The notes below the pieces were generated by a model. The model did no database searches, was not told the origin of the DNA, and saw only the letters and a list, made by a program, of their open reading frames with translations. From a virus (lineage: Duplodnaviria > Heunggongvirae > Uroviricota > Caudoviricetes), in IMG/VR virus record IMGVR_UViG_2690316243_000004: a stretch of 42,470 bases of DNA. The stretch is one strand, 5' to 3'. This document shows, piece after piece, positions 39,555 through 42,470 of the stretch. Each line of letters opens with the position of its first letter. Position 1 is the first letter of the stretch. The position numbers and the translations under genes were made by a program.

Positions 39555-40535
39555 ATGCTGACACTTGCCCGCCAACAACAGCGACAAAATATTCGCTGGT
39601 TATTATGCCTGTCAGTTTTGATGCTGCTGGCGCTTCTCTTAAGCCTTTGCGCCGGTGAACAATGGATTTCGCCAGGTGACTGGTTTACTCCTCGTGGCGA
39701 ACTGTTCGTCTGGCAAATTCGCCTGCCACGTACGCTGGCTGTATTGCTGGTTGGTGCGGCGCTGGCTATATCCGGCGCTGTAATGCAGGCGTTGTTTGAA
39801 AATCCTCTGGCAGAACCTGGACTACTTGGCGTCTCTAACGGCGCAGGCGTGGGGCTTATCGCCGCGGTATTGCTTGGGCAAGGGCAACTCCCCAACTGGG
39901 CGCTAGGGCTGTGTGCGATTGCTGGCGCGCTTATCATCACTTTAATACTCTTACGTTTCGCCCGTCGTCATCTTTCGACCAGTCGGTTATTGCTGGCTGG
40001 CGTTGCATTAGGGATTATCTGTAGCGCACTAATGACGTGGGCTATCTACTTTTCCACCTCTGTTGATTTACGTCAGCTGATGTACTGGATGATGGGCGGT
40101 TTTGGCGGCGTAGACTGGCGGCAAAGCTGGCTGATGCTGGCATTGATCCCCGTGTTGTTGTGGATCTGTTGTCAGTCCAGGCCGATGAATATGTTAGCAC
40201 TTGGCGAGATCTCGGCGCGGCAACTGGGTTTACCCCTGTGGTTCTGGCGCAATGTGCTGGTGGCAGCGACCGGCTGGATGGTTGGCGTCAGTGTGGCGCT
40301 GGCGGGTGCTATCGGCTTTATTGGTCTGGTGATCCCACATATTCTTCGGTTGTGTGGTTTAACCGATCATCGCGTATTACTTCCCGGCTGCGCGCTGGCA
40401 GGGGCGAGCGCAGTGCTGCTGGCCGATATTGTAGCGCGCCTGGCATTAGCTGCCGCAGAGCTGCCTATTGGCGTGGTCACCGCAACGTTGGGTGCGCCGG
40501 TGTTTATCTGGTTATTGTTAAAAGCAGGACGTTAG
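39555..40535 (+). CDS. btuC: Vitamin B12 ABC transporter permease BtuC
   Basis: 326 aa multi-pass membrane protein beginning [17 protein letters not shown]...; recognised as E. coli BtuC and followed by btuE and btuD. Confidence 0.95.
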   Translation: MLTLARQQQRQNIRWLLCLSVLMLLALLLSLCAGEQWISPGDWFTPRGELFVWQIRLPRTLAVLLVGAALAISGAVMQALFENPLAEPGLLGVSNGAGVGLIAAVLLGQGQLPNWALGLCAIAGALIITLILLRFARRHLSTSRLLLAGVALGIICSALMTWAIYFSTSVDLRQLMYWMMGGFGGVDWRQSWLMLALIPVLLWICCQSRPMNMLALGEISARQLGLPLWFWRNVLVAATGWMVGVSVALAGAIGFIGLVIPHILRLCGLTDHRVLLPGCALAGASAVLLADIVARLALAAAELPIGVVTATLGAPVFIWLLLKAGR

Positions 40536-40597
40536 CCGCAAAAAGACGGTCTATGATTAAAAGCTAAGATTTTTACTGACCACACCCAGGAGAAACG

Positions 40598-41149
40598 ATG
40601 CAAGATTCCATTCTGACGACCGTAGTGAAAGATATCGACGGTGAAGTGACCACGCTGGAGAAGTACGCCGGTAATGTGCTGTTGATTGTCAATGTCGCCT
40701 CAAAGTGTGGCTTAACGCCGCAATATGAGCAGTTGGAGAATATTCAGAAAGCCTGGGCCGATCGAGGTTTTGTGGTGCTGGGATTCCCGTGCAACCAGTT
40801 TCTGGAACAAGAACCGGGCAGCGATGAAGAGATTAAAACTTACTGTACCACCACATGGGGGGTGACGTTCCCGATGTTCAGTAAGATTGAAGTTAACGGC
40901 GAAGGACGCCATCCGCTGTATCAAAAATTGATTGCCGCAGCGCCGACCGCAGTCGCGCCGGAAGAGAGCGGATTCTATGCCCGTATGGTCAGCAAAGGTC
41001 GTGCACCGCTGTACCCTGATGATATTTTATGGAATTTTGAGAAATTTTTAGTTGGCAGGGACGGATTGGTCATCCAGCGTTTTTCCCCGGATATGACGCC
41101 GGAAGACCCCATTGTGATGGAAAGCATTAAACTGGCGTTGGCAAAATAA
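40598..41149 (+). CDS. btuE: Glutathione peroxidase-family protein BtuE
   Basis: 183 aa with the thiol peroxidase motif ([13 protein letters not shown]) and FPCNQF, between btuC and btuD. Confidence 0.95.
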
Positions 41150-41898
41150 TGTCTATTGTGATGCAGTTACAGGATGTTGCGGAATCTACCCGCCTGGGGC
41201 CACTTTCTGGCGAGGTTCGGGCTGGGGAGATCCTGCACCTGGTGGGGCCGAATGGCGCGGGTAAGAGTACCTTACTGGCACGAATGGCCGGAATGACCAG
41301 CGGTAAGGGAAGTATTCAGTTCGCGGGGCAACCACTGGAAGCATGGTCCGCAACAAAACTCGCGCTGCATCGCGCCTATCTTTCACAACAGCAGACGCCG
41401 CCGTTTGCAATGCCGGTCTGGCACTATCTGACACTGCATCAGCACGATAAAACGCGTACCGAACTACTGAATGATGTCGCAGGGGCGCTGGCTCTTGATG
41501 ACAAACTCGGACGTAGCACCAATCAACTTTCCGGCGGTGAATGGCAACGCGTACGTCTTGCTGCGGTGGTGCTGCAAATCACACCACAAGCCAATCCCGC
41601 AGGCCAATTGCTGCTTCTTGATGAGCCGATGAACAGTCTTGATGTTGCGCAACAAAGTGCGTTAGACAAAATTCTGAGCGCTCTGTGTCAGCAAGGACTG
41701 GCGATTGTGATGAGCAGTCACGATCTCAACCACACATTGCGTCATGCGCATCGGGCGTGGTTGCTAAAAGGTGGAAAAATGCTGGCCAGTGGACGCAGAG
41801 AAGAGGTGCTCACGCCGCCAAATCTGGCGCAGGCCTATGGGATGAATTTTCGCCGTCTGGATATCGAAGGTCACAGAATGCTGATTTCGACCATCTGA
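41149..41898 (+). CDS. btuD: Vitamin B12 ABC transporter ATP-binding protein BtuD
   Basis: 249 aa with Walker A (GPNGAGKST), ABC signature (LSGGEWQR) and Walker B (LLLLDEP). Confidence 0.95.
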
Positions 41899-41975
41899 TT
41901 TCATTAGTATCTTGAAAATCGGGTAATTACGACGCTAAATTAATGCAAGAATAAAAAACAGAGGAACCGTACGGA

Positions 41976-42440
41976 ATGCGTTTCTGCCTTATTTTGATCA
42001 CAGCACTGTTTCTGGCCGGGTGTAGCCACCATAAAGCACCGCCGCCAAATGCCAGACTTTCTGATTCGATTACCGTTATTGCCGGTTTGAACGACCAGCT
42101 ACAAAGCTGGCATGGCACGCCGTATCGTTATGGTGGCATGACGCGGCGCGGTGTGGACTGTTCGGGATTTGTGGTTGTAACGATGCGCGATCGTTTCGAT
42201 TTGCAGCTGCCCCGAGAAACCAAAGAACAAGCCTCTATCGGCACGCAAATTGATAAAGACGAGTTGCTGCCTGGTGACCTGGTCTTTTTCAAAACGGGTT
42301 CCGGACAAAATGGTTTGCATGTAGGTATTTACGATACCAACAACCAATTTATCCACGCCTCTACCAGCAAGGGAGTGATGCGTTCCTCACTTGATAATGT
42401 CTATTGGCAGAAAAATTTCTGGCAGGCGAGACGAATCTAA
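41976..42440 (+). CDS. nlpC: NlpC/P60-family lipoprotein
   Basis: 154 aa with a lipoprotein signal peptide (LFLAGCS) and an NlpC/P60 cysteine peptidase core (DCSGFV ... H); lies after btuD as in E. coli. Confidence 0.9.
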   Translation: MRFCLILITALFLAGCSHHKAPPPNARLSDSITVIAGLNDQLQSWHGTPYRYGGMTRRGVDCSGFVVVTMRDRFDLQLPRETKEQASIGTQIDKDELLPGDLVFFKTGSGQNGLHVGIYDTNNQFIHASTSKGVMRSSLDNVYWQKNFWQARRI

Positions 42441-42470
42441 ATAGCTGCGCGGAATAGTAGATCACTTTGA

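Noticed and set aside
1-42470. CRISPR arrays, rRNA or tRNA genes
   Set aside because: No regularly spaced short direct repeats with unique spacers and no rRNA-like stretches were seen. tRNA genes cannot be excluded by eye but none was evident at the prophage junction.

Overview
This window is an Escherichia coli chromosomal segment carrying most of a P2-family (Peduovirus-like) prophage, ending next to the host btuC-btuE-btuD-nlpC operon (39555-42440). Gene calls rest on reading the supplied ORF translations against remembered protein families; no database search was run. From the right end the prophage reads: integrase and C-type repressor (+), divergent Cox-like gene and small early genes, rolling-circle replication gene A, a five-gene cargo operon in the A-to-cos position, portal Q and terminase P (+), then O-N-M-L-X, lysis genes, R-S-V-W-J-I, tail fibre H and its chaperone (all -). 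The tail region is rearranged: an IS2 copy with no target-site duplication sits beside H/G, gene D is divergent from the sheath gene FI, and the FI-FII-E-T-U block is followed by a Pin/Gin-family invertase, a methyltransferase cassette flanked by a duplicated invertase 5' segment, and an array of alternative tail-fibre C-terminus and chaperone cassettes. Two gix-like crossover sites lie in direct orientation about 12 kb apart. Runs of N (9036-9477, 9636-9649) and single n's at repeat junctions (2491, 5648, 14719) mean part of this architecture could be an assembly artefact. The most interesting candidates are the ParM/ParR-led operon at 29353-31649 with three unrecognised genes, an AT-rich two-gene module coupled to the integrase (38324-39362), and the methyltransferase cassette inside the invertase locus.
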